Shown one piece after another: positions 1-10,246 of a stretch of DNA of 64,000 bases. This DNA comes from an uncultured Candidatus Saccharibacteria bacterium (GTDB taxonomy: Bacteria > Patescibacteriota > Minisyncoccia > Phycocordibacterales > Zambryskibacteraceae), in contig CAZDDU010000001.1 in NCBI GenBank assembly GCA_964504255.1, forward strand, positions 33,843 through 97,842, written 5' to 3'. Within the stretch, counting starts at the first letter, position 1, and each line of letters opens with the position of its first letter. The translations under genes were made by a program, and so were the position numbers. The notes beneath the pieces are model-generated. The model was not told the origin of the DNA. It worked only from the letters and a program-made list of their open reading frames with translations, and did no database searches.

Positions 1-463
1 GCAGGTTCATTACATCGATAACCACCTTGGTGAAGAAGAGACTGAAATTGACCAAGACCGCTGCGATGACCATCCGGACTATGAGAGCCTTGGTATCCTT
101 GTCTCTACCTACAATAGTCATGATGGAGGAGTACAAGAGCATGAAGATGAAGCCGATGTTCGCCACATCTCTTATAACAGTCCATGTGACGTTTATCGCA
201 GGAAGACTTCCAATGTTCTTCGACATGGCGATGACGGTGTAGTAGATGGAGGCGTTGAGTACTACTCCCGAGAGCATGGTCACCCAAGAGACCACTTGGA
301 CTAGCGCAATAACTAGTGGAGAGAGTATGACCCCCACGAAGTCGAATGTACCAAGGATCATGTTGCTGACGATCCCCTCGGCGTTCACAAGGTTTAAAGG
401 AATTAAGAAAACTAATCCTAAGAGCAAGACGGACATTAAGCTTGTGGGTAAGTACTTTCTCAT
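1..463 (-). CDS. polytopic membrane protein, 5' end only (runs off window start); third gene of operon with the two upstream secreted proteins
   Basis: Manual translation of minus frame not in ORF track: MRKYLPTSLMSVLLLGLVFLIPLNLVNAEG...IVRMVIAAVLVNFSLFFTKVVIDVMNL, several hydrophobic helices; ATG at 463-461 overlaps stop (460-462) of upstream gene; no stop before position 1. Confidence 0.5.
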   Translation of the reverse strand, partial: MRKYLPTSLMSVLLLGLVFLIPLNLVNAEGIVSNMILGTFDFVGVILSPLVIALVQVVSWVTMLSGVVLNASIYYTVIAMSKNIGSLPAINVTWTVIRDVANIGFIFMLLYSSIMTIVGRDKDTKALIVRMVIAAVLVNFSLFFTKVVIDVMNL

Positions 464-2373
464 ATACCGGCAGAGTTATTTCTGACACTATCAGAAACAG
501 TTATTGATCCACTACATGATATTGCTGCTGCCTGGCCGGATTGAGTGGTGGCCAAGATGTTTGCTGTCTTCGTGCCGACGAAGCTGTATCTCATTTGTAG
601 TGGCTCGACGAAGAAGGTGTCTGAAGAAACTATCTCATTTCCGAACCATCTATAAGTGGTACCAGTAGGATAATCACTCGTCATGATCCATTCGACATCT
701 GTGCCTACTTGGGTAGATGAGGTGGATGGGGCACAAGACAGAGTTTGGGTGCTTGTTGGGGGAGTTTGAGTCGTGGGTGCTGGAGCCTGTGGGGTTGTTG
801 TGTTGCCGACCTCCTCTCCTTCAAATGTTGGTGCAGGCACAAGGTTTATCGCATTGATGTTTGGATCCTCGCACTGGCCTATCCTGTCTTTGATACCTCG
901 TGAGTATTGAAGAGTTTTTAAAGTATTGTTCCTTATTTTTATGAGCTCGTTAACATCTGATTGACCACCGAACTTTAAGTCATCGTCTTGGAGCAATGAG
1001 CTGATTCGTCCACCAATATACTTCGAGTATTGGCTTAAGGTGAATACTACTGGATCCCATGCCATGATCTCGTATCTTGAGATCGTTGTTGTGAAATCAT
1101 CAACAGCGCTGTTTACTGCGGTCATTCTATTGCTCCAGGTGGTGGAGTTCTCTTTCTTGAAGTCGTTTCGAGTTATGAAATCGTTGAATACTTCGAGAGC
1201 TTTGATGGTGACTGGTATCTCCTTACAGATTGGTATGAAGTATGGAGAGCTGTTGACACTACCCGACATGAGGCAGTTCTCGTTGCTTGGATCTGAGTTG
1301 GGATTCTTTTGCCCATGATGACAAATGTCGAGTATGCCGTCTTCGTTGTAGTCGTATCCGTCGGGTATGTTGTCACTATCTACGTCGATTATTTCATTTC
1401 TCGTATCAGCTATAGAATTTTTGTTGAACAACCCCTTCCCCTTGTCGTTAAACACGTGTCTTTGGAGCAGTCCTGCTAGAAGAGCACTAGCTAATGAGTC
1501 GATATCATCTGCTGAAATGAGCTTGTCTAATCCAGTTCCAAGGGCATCATTTAATTGTTTAGAGATAACTGAACCAGGTGTAGTAACTTCTTCCTGAAGA
1601 CAAGCGGTCGGCTCCTTGTTTGGATCCCAGTTTGGATATTCGTTCAAAATATTCTGTGCCTCTTCGGGGTCCGCGTCGTAGTATCTGGCCATAACAGCCA
1701 TATTAGGAGTTTGGTTTTTCTTCAAGCAGGTTGTCTTGTTCATGAATCCAGTGTTGAGCACTCTGTCTTCTCTGCTGATGGCAAGTGTGTTTGCAAGACG
1801 ACCATCGATATCGAGTTTCGCCTTCACGAAGGCGCCTTGAGGAGTGTTCTGCTCATCTTGAGTCATCTTGATCCAGGCGTCCCAACCGCCTTGATTAAAG
1901 TCTTGATAAAAATTATCTATATTTACCCCAATCTCACTTAAGGTACATTGGTAATTTGAAGTATTTTCGGTGTATTGCTTTACCAACGACAATCTAATTT
2001 GTGCCTGGAATGGCGAGCAAAGGAAGCCAAAGGATGTATCGTTTATCGCCTCTCCGACTACGCCGTTCGCAATATCGCCAAAGTAATTTTTCGGATCAGT
2101 TACGAAGGCGGGATTGCCGTCGAAACCAGTGTTAGCCCATTTGATTGTTGATTGGATGATGTCGTCAATCATTTTCTGAGCAAGTTGTTTTCCAACTTTG
2201 TTCACTAAGAAATCTATGACTGTCGGAATACTCTCAAGATTTATATCTCCAACACCCAAAAACGCTTGCGCTCTAGGGGTACCCACAGGAGAGAAGTAGA
2301 TAGAAAGACAAATAAAAGAAACAGTAACAAGAGAGAGAAATCTATTTTTTAAAAATTTAAATTTGAACGCCAT
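460..2373 (-). CDS. large secreted protein (signal peptide; Thr/Pro-rich linker; C-terminal domain), function unknown
   Basis: 637 aa ORF; N-terminal MAFKFKFLKNRFLSLVTVSFICLSIYFSPVGTPRAQA signal-like; TTTPQAPAPTTQTPPTSTQT linker. Confidence 0.6.
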   Translation of the reverse strand: MAFKFKFLKNRFLSLVTVSFICLSIYFSPVGTPRAQAFLGVGDINLESIPTVIDFLVNKVGKQLAQKMIDDIIQSTIKWANTGFDGNPAFVTDPKNYFGDIANGVVGEAINDTSFGFLCSPFQAQIRLSLVKQYTENTSNYQCTLSEIGVNIDNFYQDFNQGGWDAWIKMTQDEQNTPQGAFVKAKLDIDGRLANTLAISREDRVLNTGFMNKTTCLKKNQTPNMAVMARYYDADPEEAQNILNEYPNWDPNKEPTACLQEEVTTPGSVISKQLNDALGTGLDKLISADDIDSLASALLAGLLQRHVFNDKGKGLFNKNSIADTRNEIIDVDSDNIPDGYDYNEDGILDICHHGQKNPNSDPSNENCLMSGSVNSSPYFIPICKEIPVTIKALEVFNDFITRNDFKKENSTTWSNRMTAVNSAVDDFTTTISRYEIMAWDPVVFTLSQYSKYIGGRISSLLQDDDLKFGGQSDVNELIKIRNNTLKTLQYSRGIKDRIGQCEDPNINAINLVPAPTFEGEEVGNTTTPQAPAPTTQTPPTSTQTLSCAPSTSSTQVGTDVEWIMTSDYPTGTTYRWFGNEIVSSDTFFVEPLQMRYSFVGTKTANILATTQSGQAAAISCSGSITVSDSVRNNSAGI

Positions 2374-3124
2374 TGTCTAAAAGAATTTCAATTATATCCT
2401 CCACAATTCTCTCTCTGGCATCGATACTACTTCTTGCGCCTAGTGCTCCAGCAAAAGCCAGAGCCGAGTCGGGGTTTTTATCAAAGATAGATTTCATACC
2501 GTTAGATATAGAAAGATAGTTGTTTATCAGATCTGTGTGGAGTATTAGCAGGGATGACGGAACCTCTATTTTTTTTAACTCGTTTGCTGCCTCTCCGTAC
2601 GCTACGGTAATTTTTTCTGCTGCATCGATCAAGGAGTCATCGGAGGTGTTTATTGTTGAGGGATTATTACCAATAGAATCAATTTTGTTAATTCTTCTTC
2701 TTTCTATCTCTGTCGTTATCAAGTCGTACTTTTGAAAGTTAGCTTTGGCGTTACTAACCACGTTGATATCCAAGGAGGTTACCTTTGGTGCGGTTTCGAT
2801 ATCAGCTATAGAGTCTGCGTATTTATCAGCAAGAGCGGTAATACTCTCTTCTGATATTTGGCCATTTGTCGCGAGACTAATGTATTCAGAAATGAGCTGT
2901 CTTCCCACTAGATCAGTCGTAGTCAGACTGGTATCCCCCTCATCCTTCCCTGCTGTACTTAGGTCAGAAATCGAGTTTGGCTCTGGGGTTTTGTAGGTGT
3001 CAATATTTGTAGGAGTTTCTACTGATACTTTGAAGACACTCTTCTCTTTATCAGCTCTTTGCCATGAGGCGCCGAGTACTAGTAGGAATGAAATAAAAAG
3101 TGCTAGCGTGACACGTGTTCGCAT
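2357..3124 (-). CDS. secreted protein, unknown function
   Basis: 255 aa ORF with signal peptide MRTRVTLALFISFLLVLGASW; 17-bp overlap with downstream gene start (coupled). Confidence 0.55.
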   Translation of the reverse strand: MRTRVTLALFISFLLVLGASWQRADKEKSVFKVSVETPTNIDTYKTPEPNSISDLSTAGKDEGDTSLTTTDLVGRQLISEYISLATNGQISEESITALADKYADSIADIETAPKVTSLDINVVSNAKANFQKYDLITTEIERRRINKIDSIGNNPSTINTSDDSLIDAAEKITVAYGEAANELKKIEVPSSLLILHTDLINNYLSISNGMKSIFDKNPDSALAFAGALGARSSIDARERIVEDIIEILLDNGVQI

Positions 3125-3214
3125 GTTCCTCTTATTATATCAGAGGTATGCAGACAAAATTATCTTTATATATAAGGAGTGGATACCGAACATTGATAAA
3201 TTCCCTATTAAGGT

Positions 3215-3991
3215 TTATGAGAGTTTGAGGCAGAGCTCCTTCCACACACTGAGCGGCACATCTTCGGCTCGGGTGTTCTCGCTTAACGAAAGATTTTTGA
3301 AAACTTCCAACACTTTGGCCTTATCGAAGACGACACTCAGGTTTGAGGACAACTTCTTCCTCTTTGAGGCGAATCCGGACTTCAGAATCCTGAAGAAATG
3401 CTCTTCTGTTACATTATTTTCCTCAAAAAAGCTCTTTGAGACGTTGTATATGGCCAAAATAGCCGAATCTACCTTGGGAGCAGGGCTAAATGACCCTGCC
3501 TTGACCGTGTCTACCAGCTTTGGCTCGCCATAGATCTTTATTGAGATTGAGAGGATGCTCTCTTTGTTATTTCGGGCAATAATCCTCTCTGCTACCTCCT
3601 TTTGAACCAAAACCACCATTAATTCTGGTTGATTACTGCTTGAAAGAAACTTCTCGAGTATTGCCCCAGTGATGTTGTAAGGTATGTTGGCTATCAGCTT
3701 GTACCTCTCCCACCTTGGATCGAAGTCCAAAATGTCTTCGTTCATGAGAGTTAGCTGGCCTGATTTGATCTCAGGTGCGAACATCTTTTCAAGTTCTATT
3801 GTTAGATCATCATCCTTCTCTACCCCGATGACCTTGGCGCCAGAATACAGTAGCCAGGATGTGAGTGCACCCAGTCCTGGGCCAATCTCTAAAACAGTAT
3901 CAGAGGACGAGAGTCTCCCCGCCTCGACAATCTGGTTTAGAGCCTTCTCCGACTTGAGGAAATTCTGACCTAAGGATTTCTTTGCGTACAT
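3215..3991 (-). CDS. rsmA: 16S rRNA (adenine1518/1519-N6)-dimethyltransferase
   Basis: KSLGQNFL start motif, SAM-MTase motif LEIGPGLGALT, NIPYNIT. Confidence 0.9.
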   Translation of the reverse strand: MYAKKSLGQNFLKSEKALNQIVEAGRLSSSDTVLEIGPGLGALTSWLLYSGAKVIGVEKDDDLTIELEKMFAPEIKSGQLTLMNEDILDFDPRWERYKLIANIPYNITGAILEKFLSSSNQPELMVVLVQKEVAERIIARNNKESILSISIKIYGEPKLVDTVKAGSFSPAPKVDSAILAIYNVSKSFFEENNVTEEHFFRILKSGFASKRKKLSSNLSVVFDKAKVLEVFKNLSLSENTRAEDVPLSVWKELCLKLS

Positions 3992-4015
3992 GGGTCTATA
4001 GTGAGCCTAGTTAGT

Positions 4016-5992
4016 CTAGAAGTCTATCTTGTATAAAATGTCTCTCCGAGTGTCTCGCCTGGGTACCGAGCCTTCGTTCCACACCTCTTCTTCGGTAAGC
4101 TCCTCTGGTATATCGAAGATGAATTCTGACGGGAGGTTCGTCTCTCTCTGGCCAAACACTGTTCTAACCTGAGCATTGGTTAAATAGAGCTTCTTCCTAG
4201 CTCTGGTGACTGCAACATAAAAGAGTCTCCTCTCCTCTTCTCTCTCCTCGGCGGTGATGTTCTCTCTAGTGATCTTGTTGTGGGGGAAGAGTCCGTCTTC
4301 GAGTCCCGAGATGAAGACGACGTTGAACTCGAGTCCCTTAGATGCGTGAATGGTCATAAGCCTGACTCCACTCTTATTTTCTTTTTCATTTTTCTTCCTG
4401 TCTAAATCATCCTGGTCACTTTGGAGTGCAGCGTCCTTGAGGAAATTCTCTATACCCTCGCCTTGCGGCAGGTGGTCATAGCGAGAGGCGAAGGCCACTA
4501 GCTCGAAGGCGTTCTCTAGTCTATCTTGGTCCTCGTCTCTACCTCCACGCCACTCGGCTTCTAGTCCTGTGCACTTAATAATGTGATTTATCACCTCGCT
4601 CGGCCTCAGCTCATTAGCCTTCTCCCCTATGTCGACGAGCAACTTTCTAAAGTCAGCTATCTTCACTCTTGTGCCTGCTGGCAGAGTGGTCTCGTCTCCG
4701 GTAAATATCTTTACCACTGTAGTCTTGCCGATACCTCGAGTAGGAGTGTTGATGATCCTCTTCACATCGGCAAGTGCGCCGGGGTTAAGTCCGGCCCTGA
4801 GATAAGAGATGATGTCCTTCACCTCGCGCCTCTCGAAGAAGCGTGTGCCGAGTAGTTGGTATGGTACTTGGTGTCGGAGAAATGCTTCTTCGAGAACTCT
4901 TGATTGGAAGTTTGCCCTATAAAGTACTGCAATCTCTTCGGTATTTTCTCCACTAGCAATCAAACTCTTAGCCTTTGTAGCGATGAACTCAGCTTCAGAG
5001 ATCTCGTCGAAGGTTGAAAGTAAACTTATCTTCTCCCCTGTCTCACTCTGGGTGAAAAGATTTTTCTCCACTCTGATCTTATTCTTTTTGATGATGGTGT
5101 TAGCCGCTTCTAGAATAGTTTTGGTAGAACGATAGTTCTCCTCGAGAAGAATTATTTTTGTCTCTGGATAGTCCTTCTCGAACTTCAAAATGTTTTGGAT
5201 GTCTGCTCCTCGCCAAGAATAGATGTTTTGGTCTATGTCACCCACCACAGTGATGTTCTTCTCCTCGCTTGTTAAGAGCTTAGCGATCTCGTACTGTACT
5301 TTGTTGGTGTCCTGATACTCGTCTATATGGATATACTTCCACACATGTCGATAATGGTCTCTAACCTTCGGGTTACCACGAAGTAGGCGCACGGTCTTTA
5401 AGAGTAGGTCGTCGAAGTCGAGTGCACTGTCGCGCCTGAGGATCTTCTCGTACTCACCCCATACCGACTTAACTGTAGAGGTGAAGTGACCTCCCTCTTC
5501 GTGTGACATGTATTCTTCGGATGTGGTGTCGCGTCCCTTCTCCTTCGAGATGATGGAGAGGATACGGTCTGGTTCGTGGGTCTTGGGGTCGAAGCCGGTA
5601 TTAACCAAAGCTTCTTTGATAGCTCTTTTCGCATCGTCCTTGTCGAAGATGGTGAAGTGTCTAGAAATGCCTAGAGCTTGGCTATTTTCCTTCAATATAT
5701 GTACCCCAAGGGAGTGGAAGGTGGATACAAAGGGTTTCTCGGTCATTGTGACTGGGCGACTGAGTTCTTTGTCTTCAAGGAGCATCTTCTCTACCCTCTC
5801 TCGCATCTCTTTGGCAGCCTTGTTGGTGAAGGTAATGGCCAAAATGGATGATGGAGCCACTCCGTGCTTCACCAAATTCCGTATTCTCTCGGCGATTGTC
5901 TTGGTTTTGCCCGCCCCGGCACCTGCGAGTATAAGAAGGGGCCCCTCTAGGGTATCCACCGCCTGCTGTTGTCGTTCGTTTAGAGTTGCCAT
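4016..5992 (-). CDS. uvrD: ATP-dependent DNA helicase UvrD/PcrA family
   Basis: MATLNERQQQAV...LAGAGAGKTKT Walker A, IHIDEYQDTN, UvrD motifs; start taken at internal Met15 of track ORF. Confidence 0.9.
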   Translation of the reverse strand: MATLNERQQQAVDTLEGPLLILAGAGAGKTKTIAERIRNLVKHGVAPSSILAITFTNKAAKEMRERVEKMLLEDKELSRPVTMTEKPFVSTFHSLGVHILKENSQALGISRHFTIFDKDDAKRAIKEALVNTGFDPKTHEPDRILSIISKEKGRDTTSEEYMSHEEGGHFTSTVKSVWGEYEKILRRDSALDFDDLLLKTVRLLRGNPKVRDHYRHVWKYIHIDEYQDTNKVQYEIAKLLTSEEKNITVVGDIDQNIYSWRGADIQNILKFEKDYPETKIILLEENYRSTKTILEAANTIIKKNKIRVEKNLFTQSETGEKISLLSTFDEISEAEFIATKAKSLIASGENTEEIAVLYRANFQSRVLEEAFLRHQVPYQLLGTRFFERREVKDIISYLRAGLNPGALADVKRIINTPTRGIGKTTVVKIFTGDETTLPAGTRVKIADFRKLLVDIGEKANELRPSEVINHIIKCTGLEAEWRGGRDEDQDRLENAFELVAFASRYDHLPQGEGIENFLKDAALQSDQDDLDRKKNEKENKSGVRLMTIHASKGLEFNVVFISGLEDGLFPHNKITRENITAEEREEERRLFYVAVTRARKKLYLTNAQVRTVFGQRETNLPSEFIFDIPEELTEEEVWNEGSVPRRDTRRDILYKIDF

Positions 5993-6237
5993 ATCAAAAA
6001 GAATATATAGAGGAATAATAGCATGCCTCAGCAAATATGGCTCAATTTAGCCCTTTTTGCTCTATACTAGAACACAATAATACGCCTTAGGCCCTTCATC
6101 TGACCCTCATTATCTGGTATAATAAACACCTACCGAAAAGGAGCCACGACCGAACTCAGATCTAAAAGTTTAACCAACTGTTTATTACTCAGGCAAAGGA
6201 TTCTAATATTGTTTTCCGAAACAAGAGGGCCGTCCTC

Positions 6238-7191
6238 TTGTTCTTGCTTGTTCTGGCTGCAACTTGGGATCTAAGTGTGACTGAGGCTCAGGGGGAGAAG
6301 GTTGCTAGAGCTCCACAAGTAGTCAGGTCTGCTAACTCTCAAAATATTGAGCTTCTTAAGGGCTCTTCTAATATAAATCCACACCCAAGTAAGGGTACTT
6401 ACCTCGCTGTGGTTGATAATAGTGCTCTCGTTGCCCAGAATACACCTGACTCCACAACCTTTGCTGACCAAGGGATCTCTGGATCTGGTCAAATTTCTGT
6501 ATATATAGTGCGAGAGGGTGATACATTGTCGACTATTGCCAAGATGTTCAAGGTCTCCATAAACACCATCGTTTGGGCGAATGATATTAAGGGCGGTTTG
6601 ATCAAACCAGGTCAGACTCTTGTGATCCTTCCAATCTCAGGGGTAAGGCACTTGGTAGCCAAGGGCGACACCATCGAGAGTATTGCCAAGAAGTACAAGG
6701 CCGATGCAGCAGAAATCCTTTCATATAACGACTTGACCAAGGCTTCCAAACTTACGGCCGGTGACGAGATCATTATTCCTGATGGAGAGATTAATTCGGT
6801 TGTCACCTACTCTTCTGGGTCTGGTTCTTCAAATACTACTGTTAGCTCGGGTTACTTCGGCCGTCCTGTCCAGGGTGGTAAGAGGACTCAGGGTCTACAC
6901 GGCCACAATGGTATAGACATTGGTGGTCCTATAGGTACTCCAATACTTGCCTCGGCGGGGGGTACCGTCATCATTGCTCGCTCGAGTGGATACAATGGAG
7001 GCTACGGTCTATATATAGTAGTCAGTCACCCTAATGGTACTCAGACTCTCTATGCCCACCTCTCGGCAGTAAATGTTTCGGTTGGAGACAGAGTGTCAAA
7101 AGGTCAAGTGATCGGTAAGCTCGGTAACTCGGGTAAGTCGACCGGCCCACACCTCCACTTCGAAGTTCGCGGTGCAAAGAACCCATTCTAG
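6238..7191 (+). CDS. LysM-domain M23 family peptidoglycan endopeptidase (TTG start in track)
   Basis: Two LysM-like segments (GDTLSTIAKMFKVSINTIVWAN; GDTIESIAKKYKADAAEILSYN) and M23 motifs HNGIDIG...HLHFEV. Confidence 0.85.
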   Translation: MFLLVLAATWDLSVTEAQGEKVARAPQVVRSANSQNIELLKGSSNINPHPSKGTYLAVVDNSALVAQNTPDSTTFADQGISGSGQISVYIVREGDTLSTIAKMFKVSINTIVWANDIKGGLIKPGQTLVILPISGVRHLVAKGDTIESIAKKYKADAAEILSYNDLTKASKLTAGDEIIIPDGEINSVVTYSSGSGSSNTTVSSGYFGRPVQGGKRTQGLHGHNGIDIGGPIGTPILASAGGTVIIARSSGYNGGYGLYIVVSHPNGTQTLYAHLSAVNVSVGDRVSKGQVIGKLGNSGKSTGPHLHFEVRGAKNPF

Positions 7192-7193
7192 TA

Positions 7194-8717
7194 TTACAAA
7201 TCGAATTTTTTGGGACGGTACTCGACAGCTTCGAGGATGTGCTCGCGCTTGATCTCTTCACTCTCATCTAAGTCAGCAATAGTGCGAGCTACTTTAAGCA
7301 TCCTGTGATAAACACGAGGTGAGAAATTCATCCTCTCGGCCGCCATGTTTAGGGTCTGCCTCGCTTCGTTACTTAAGGGTACGAAGTTAATGAGGTCCCT
7401 AGCACTCATCTCGGCGTTTTTGGTGATCTTACCCTTCTCTCCGAATCTTTTTATTTGTTTATTTCTTGCATCTGCAACTTTGCTTCTATATACATGACTT
7501 TTAGCACCCTCTGTCTCGCCCGACAAATCATTTGGTAACACTCGGTCAACTTCGAGCCACAAGTCTATTCGATCAACGATCGGGCCAGACATCTTGCGTC
7601 TGTATCTTTGGAGTGCCGATGGAGTACAGACACACTGCTTACCTCTGAAGCCGAAGTTCCCACAAGGACAAGGGTTCATCGCAGCGACGAGGATGACATC
7701 TGCGGGGAAGCGGGCCGTACCCTTAGCTCTCGCGACCGAGATTACCTTGTCTTCTAGTGGTTGTCTCAAGCTCTCTATCACTCGCCTCTCAAACTCTGGG
7801 AACTCGTCCATAAAGAGCACTCCACGGTGAGCGAGGGTCACCTCACCCGGCTTAGGAGTAGTGCCTCCGCCAACTAGTGATACATAGGAACTGGTGTGAT
7901 GAGGAGAGCGGAAGGGTGGATTAACAATAAATTGCTTGAGCACTCCTGCGACAGAGTGTATAGATGTAGCCTCGAGCGCTTCGTCGAAGGTAAGGGGTGG
8001 AAGTATCGAGGCGAAGGCCTTAGCGAGCATGGTCTTACCAGTACCGGGTGGTCCGTACATGGCGACATTGTGTCCGCCTGCAGCAGCGATGAGCAGTCCA
8101 CGCTTAGCCCTTTCTTGCCCACGAACATCACTGAAGTCAGTTAGTAACTCCTCAGTGCTTTTGTCGAAAACTGTTTTGGGTTGTCTTGGTATAAGTTTCT
8201 TCCCATCTAGGTGCGACAAGAGTTCCTTCAAGCTCTCCACTCCAAAGACCTTGATACCATCAACCAGGGCTGCTTCTTTGGCGTTGTCTTTGGGCACATA
8301 TATTTCTTCCACACCTTCGTCTTTAGCGAACTTAGAGATTGAGAGCACTCCCCTTGTACTTCGCAATGTGCCGTCTAGCGAGAGTTCGCCTAAAAATATT
8401 TTGTTCTTTGTATCAAAATGTATTTCTTCGCTCGCGAGTAAGTATGAGAGTGCTATAGGTAGGTCAAATATCGCACCCTCCTTCTTCTCGCTCGCGGGAG
8501 CGAGAGAGATGACGATCTTCTGGTTCTTCTGTTTAGGGCTTGTTAGCCCCGAGTTCTTGATAGCGGCACCAACTCGGTCCTTGGCCTCCTCGACTGCTTG
8601 GTCAGGGATACCGATAATAGAGAAAGCATATAAACCGCGGGAGAGGTCGGTTTCTATCTCAACTAGTGAGACTGAGAGCGCTGTAGTCTGAGCACTAAAA
8701 ACCCTTGATACAGACAT
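7194..8717 (-). CDS. comM: YifB/ComM family Mg-chelatase-like AAA+ ATPase
   Basis: 507 aa; N-terminal Lon-like domain, Walker A GPPGTGKTMLA, conserved C-terminal domain typical of ComM. Confidence 0.85.
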   Translation of the reverse strand: MSVSRVFSAQTTALSVSLVEIETDLSRGLYAFSIIGIPDQAVEEAKDRVGAAIKNSGLTSPKQKNQKIVISLAPASEKKEGAIFDLPIALSYLLASEEIHFDTKNKIFLGELSLDGTLRSTRGVLSISKFAKDEGVEEIYVPKDNAKEAALVDGIKVFGVESLKELLSHLDGKKLIPRQPKTVFDKSTEELLTDFSDVRGQERAKRGLLIAAAGGHNVAMYGPPGTGKTMLAKAFASILPPLTFDEALEATSIHSVAGVLKQFIVNPPFRSPHHTSSYVSLVGGGTTPKPGEVTLAHRGVLFMDEFPEFERRVIESLRQPLEDKVISVARAKGTARFPADVILVAAMNPCPCGNFGFRGKQCVCTPSALQRYRRKMSGPIVDRIDLWLEVDRVLPNDLSGETEGAKSHVYRSKVADARNKQIKRFGEKGKITKNAEMSARDLINFVPLSNEARQTLNMAAERMNFSPRVYHRMLKVARTIADLDESEEIKREHILEAVEYRPKKFDL

Positions 8718-8758
8718 ACATTAATTGTATATCAGCTCAAGGGTAATTAAATAGATTG

Positions 8759-9124
8759 CTAGGTGCTCTCGATATGGGTCTTGCAGGTAGGAGCGGCTGG
8801 GTTAGCCTCTAGTCTGTCGGCTTCGATCTCGTTACCGCACACCCTACACACACCGTATTCACCTGACTCGATCTTCTCTAGTGCTAGGACGACATCGTTT
8901 AATCTTGCTTCTAGTGAGTTTGTGATGGCCATGTTCTCCTCGAAGTCCTCTATTGCGTCTGCGGCTTCGTTCTCGTCGGCTGAGGCGTTCTCTCTCTCGC
9001 CCACTGCCGGGTCCCAGTTGGTAGGGTGGTTTGGATCCTTCTCAGCCACTGTTGCTAGCTCACCTTCTATCTTAGTCTTCTCCTCATTTAGCCTTGCTTT
9101 ATATTGGTCTGTGTTTGAAATCAT
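8759..9124 (-). CDS. DksA/TraR-family C4 zinc-finger protein
   Basis: C-terminal CRVCGNEI...PAAPTCKTH zinc-finger, acidic coiled-coil N-terminus. Confidence 0.7.
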   Translation of the reverse strand: MISNTDQYKARLNEEKTKIEGELATVAEKDPNHPTNWDPAVGERENASADENEAADAIEDFEENMAITNSLEARLNDVVLALEKIESGEYGVCRVCGNEIEADRLEANPAAPTCKTHIEST

Positions 9125-9155
9125 ATGGGAATTGTATCAAAGCCTGAGGTTTCGT

Positions 9156-10211
9156 CTACCTTGAGAGTTTCTCCGCCTGGAGTCGGTTAATAATGGTGCG
9201 GAAGGAGCTCTCATCGTCGGTCATTATCAAAGTATCGTTGTCGAAGAAGCCGTAGATGAGAACTATCTGGTTGTATGAGTTCCTGAGCACCCTAGTGTCG
9301 TGGTTCTGAATAGTTTTGTCCTTAAATATAGAGTTGGTGGCAATACCAGCAAGTTCAGTCGGGTCTATAAAGAGCGGCAACATGTCTTCAACTAATCTCC
9401 CCTCCCACTCGAGCATGCCAGGGAAGGCGTTCTCAAACGATTTCAACTTAACTATCAGTACTGAGTGACTTGGACTCGAGCTCAAAACACCGAACATGAA
9501 GAGTGGGTCAAAGGCCCTGACCAGTGGGTTTGGTGCATGTGAGTTAAGTCGAGTGAGGAAGTCAGAGAACGCGAGTAACTCAGATGTCTCTCCCGATCTT
9601 CTCTCAAATTGGATCTGGTCTAGTGAGTCTCCATCTCTTTGCTCACTTCGAACTCTCACTACTTCATCAATGACCGCTTGTCTTCCTAAGGTTGAGGCAT
9701 CGACTGAAATTGTTTTGCTCACTCCAAGGAATTGGTTCTTGGGAGTGTTCACTACTGGTAAAGCTGTCTTCTCCTGATAAGTAGTAAGTGCATAGTAGGC
9801 GCCGTATCCACCACCTCCGATGAAGATGATAGTGAAGAGCGCCATCATAAGTGGTTTGAAGGAGAAGTGGTGCTCGACTTGTTGCCCTGCATTAGGAGAT
9901 AGGGTTTGTACTGCGTCTCTCCTCTTCTCTTCCTTTCTTTGGATGGAAATGAGTGACTCATTCTGTTTCTTGATAGCATCAGCTACGTCACCCTCGAAGG
10001 TGCGTATTTGTTTTAGATGACTCCCCTCTGGTTCTTGGGTAGGTACATTATTCTGAGCGATCGCTTCTGCAATTGGGTTTGGAGGTACGACTTGAGGTAC
10101 TGGTGCTGGTGCTACAGTTGGTGGTGTTTGTGGCACTGCCTTAGGTACGAAAGTGATCTCGGGAGGAGTCTCTCCACTAGATTTAATTTGGAAGGAGCCT
10201 TCTGGTGGCAT
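9156..10211 (-). CDS. hypothetical membrane protein with Pro-rich cytoplasmic N-terminus
   Basis: 351 aa; PQTPPTVAPAPVPQVVPP stretch, single TM (LMMALFTIIFIGGGGYGAYYAL). Confidence 0.5.
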   Translation of the reverse strand: MPPEGSFQIKSSGETPPEITFVPKAVPQTPPTVAPAPVPQVVPPNPIAEAIAQNNVPTQEPEGSHLKQIRTFEGDVADAIKKQNESLISIQRKEEKRRDAVQTLSPNAGQQVEHHFSFKPLMMALFTIIFIGGGGYGAYYALTTYQEKTALPVVNTPKNQFLGVSKTISVDASTLGRQAVIDEVVRVRSEQRDGDSLDQIQFERRSGETSELLAFSDFLTRLNSHAPNPLVRAFDPLFMFGVLSSSPSHSVLIVKLKSFENAFPGMLEWEGRLVEDMLPLFIDPTELAGIATNSIFKDKTIQNHDTRVLRNSYNQIVLIYGFFDNDTLIMTDDESSFRTIINRLQAEKLSR

Positions 10212-10246
10212 GACTCTATTCTAACAGAGCTCTATATTAATGTGTG

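Noticed and set aside
27-488. Track ORFs 27..242(+), 246..485(+) and 105..488(-) at the window start
   Set aside because: Their composition is odd (His/Arg/Cys-rich) and they overlap a better minus-strand frame (1..463) that encodes hydrophobic helices and is translationally coupled to the upstream gene. They look like antisense or frame-shifted artefacts.
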